Source of the DNA: Macrostomum hystrix
Lineage: Eukaryota; Animalia; Platyhelminthes
Direction: 5' to 3'
DNA: 64,000 nucleotides
Assembly (NCBI GenBank): GCA_950097015.1
Contig: CATNEN010000003.1
Location: 9,610,001 to 9,674,000 of the forward strand
The position numbers and the translations under genes were made by a program. Shown here piece after piece: positions 63,218 to 64,000 of the stretch; the stretch's first letter is position 1; every line of letters starts with the position of its first letter. The notes under the pieces are model-generated. The model made no database searches. It saw only the letters and a list, made by a program, of their open reading frames with translations, and was not told where the DNA came from.

Positions 63218-63365
63218 AAAATTGCTTTCTAGATTTATTTTAAATCCTAAACAAAAAAGTTATAAATTTCAAGAATTACATATTTTTTTTAGAAAGATAA
63301 ATAGTTTTAATTTCCTAATATTTAAGCTGTATTATTCAAACAACATCGCGTAACAAAGCTTTCAC

Positions 63366-63535
63366 CTGCCGCAGTGGGCACAGCTGCAGTCCAGCATTGG
63401 CTGGCAGCTCAAGCACCCTGACCAACTGAAGGCTGTCCAAATCCCACACGTGCAGCTGGCGGGTGCGACCGCAAGCGACAAGTTTTCGACCGTCCGGCGT
63501 GGCGTCCAGGCTGCGATAGCGAGGACCGAGATCGG
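63366..63535 (-). CDS. TBC1D31: TBC1D31 exon (WD40 repeat); further 5' exons lie beyond the window
   Basis: DLGPRYRSLDATPDGRKLVACGRTRQLHVWDLDSLQLVRVLELP (WD40; not in the ORF track); cacAG acceptor at 63537-63536, GTGAAA donor at 63365. Confidence 0.82.
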
Positions 63536-63599
63536 CTGTGGTGCGGGGAGACGGACTCGATATTATGAATGATTGCCAGACAAATTCATTTTGGAAGAT

Positions 63600-64000
63600 T
63601 CTAAATAAGGATTCTTAGTACGATTCTAGATGACGATCCTGGTACGATTCTGGTGAAGATCCTGGTACGATTCTAGATGAGGATCCTGGTACGATTCTAG
63701 ATGAGGATCCTACTACGATTCTAGATCTGAGGATCCTGGTACGATTCTAGATGAGGATCCTGGTACGATTCTAGATGAGGATCCTGGTACGATTCTAGAT
63801 GAGGATCCTACTACGATTCTAGATCTGAGGATCCTGGTACGATTCTAGATGAGGATCCTGGAACGATTCTAGATCTGAGGATCCTCGTACGATTCTAGAT
63901 GAGGATCCTGGTACGATTCTAGATGAGGATCCTGGAACGATTCTAGATCTGAGGATCCTCGTACGATTCTAGATGAGGATCCTGGTACGATTCTAGATGA
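63600..64000. repeat. 24-bp minisatellite (GATGAGGATCCTGGTACGATTCTA) with 26-bp variants, runs off the window
   Basis: direct tandem repetition. Confidence 0.95.

Noticed and set aside
31700-64000. Restriction-site-rich repeat units (CTCGAG, AAGCTT, GGATCC, TCTAGA) as synthetic/vector contamination
   Set aside because: The arrays show natural variant gradients and sit within or between genuine genes; no vector features are present.

Overview
Eukaryotic (animal) genomic DNA with GT-AG introns. Nearly every intron and intergenic interval carries its own minisatellite; this, with a CsRn1-type retrotransposon, suggests a free-living flatworm such as Macrostomum (inference, not shown directly). 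Five protein-coding genes are supported: (1) the 3' part of a giant gene (+) with one exon >16.9 kb and two small exons, encoding >5,700 aa of acidic S/T/E/Q-rich sequence packed with TQT-type (dynein light chain LC8-binding-like) motifs, spaced about 11 aa apart in the C-terminal third and ending in a plakin/plectin-repeat-like pair; (2) a two-exon DEG/ENaC channel (-) split by a 14.3-kb repeat-filled intron; (3) an intronless GT32 (DxD) glycosyltransferase (+); (4) a two-exon TFIIIA-like protein (-) with only fingers 4-9; (5) the 3' five exons of TBC1D31/WDR67 (-). Mobile DNA: one intact, very young CsRn1-clade Ty3/Gypsy element (373-bp LTRs with no differences seen, AAAT TSD, in-phase GGGAAAC slippery site plus predicted pseudoknot), a degraded relative, and four copies of a tRNA-headed CORE-type SINE. 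About 20 distinct tandem arrays (14-51 bp units) explain the long low-complexity ORFs, which are not genes. The best candidate for an undescribed system is the giant hyper-multivalent TQT/LC8 scaffold. The finger-1-3-less TFIIIA, with an upstream array carrying X-box, forkhead and GC-box motifs, is second.
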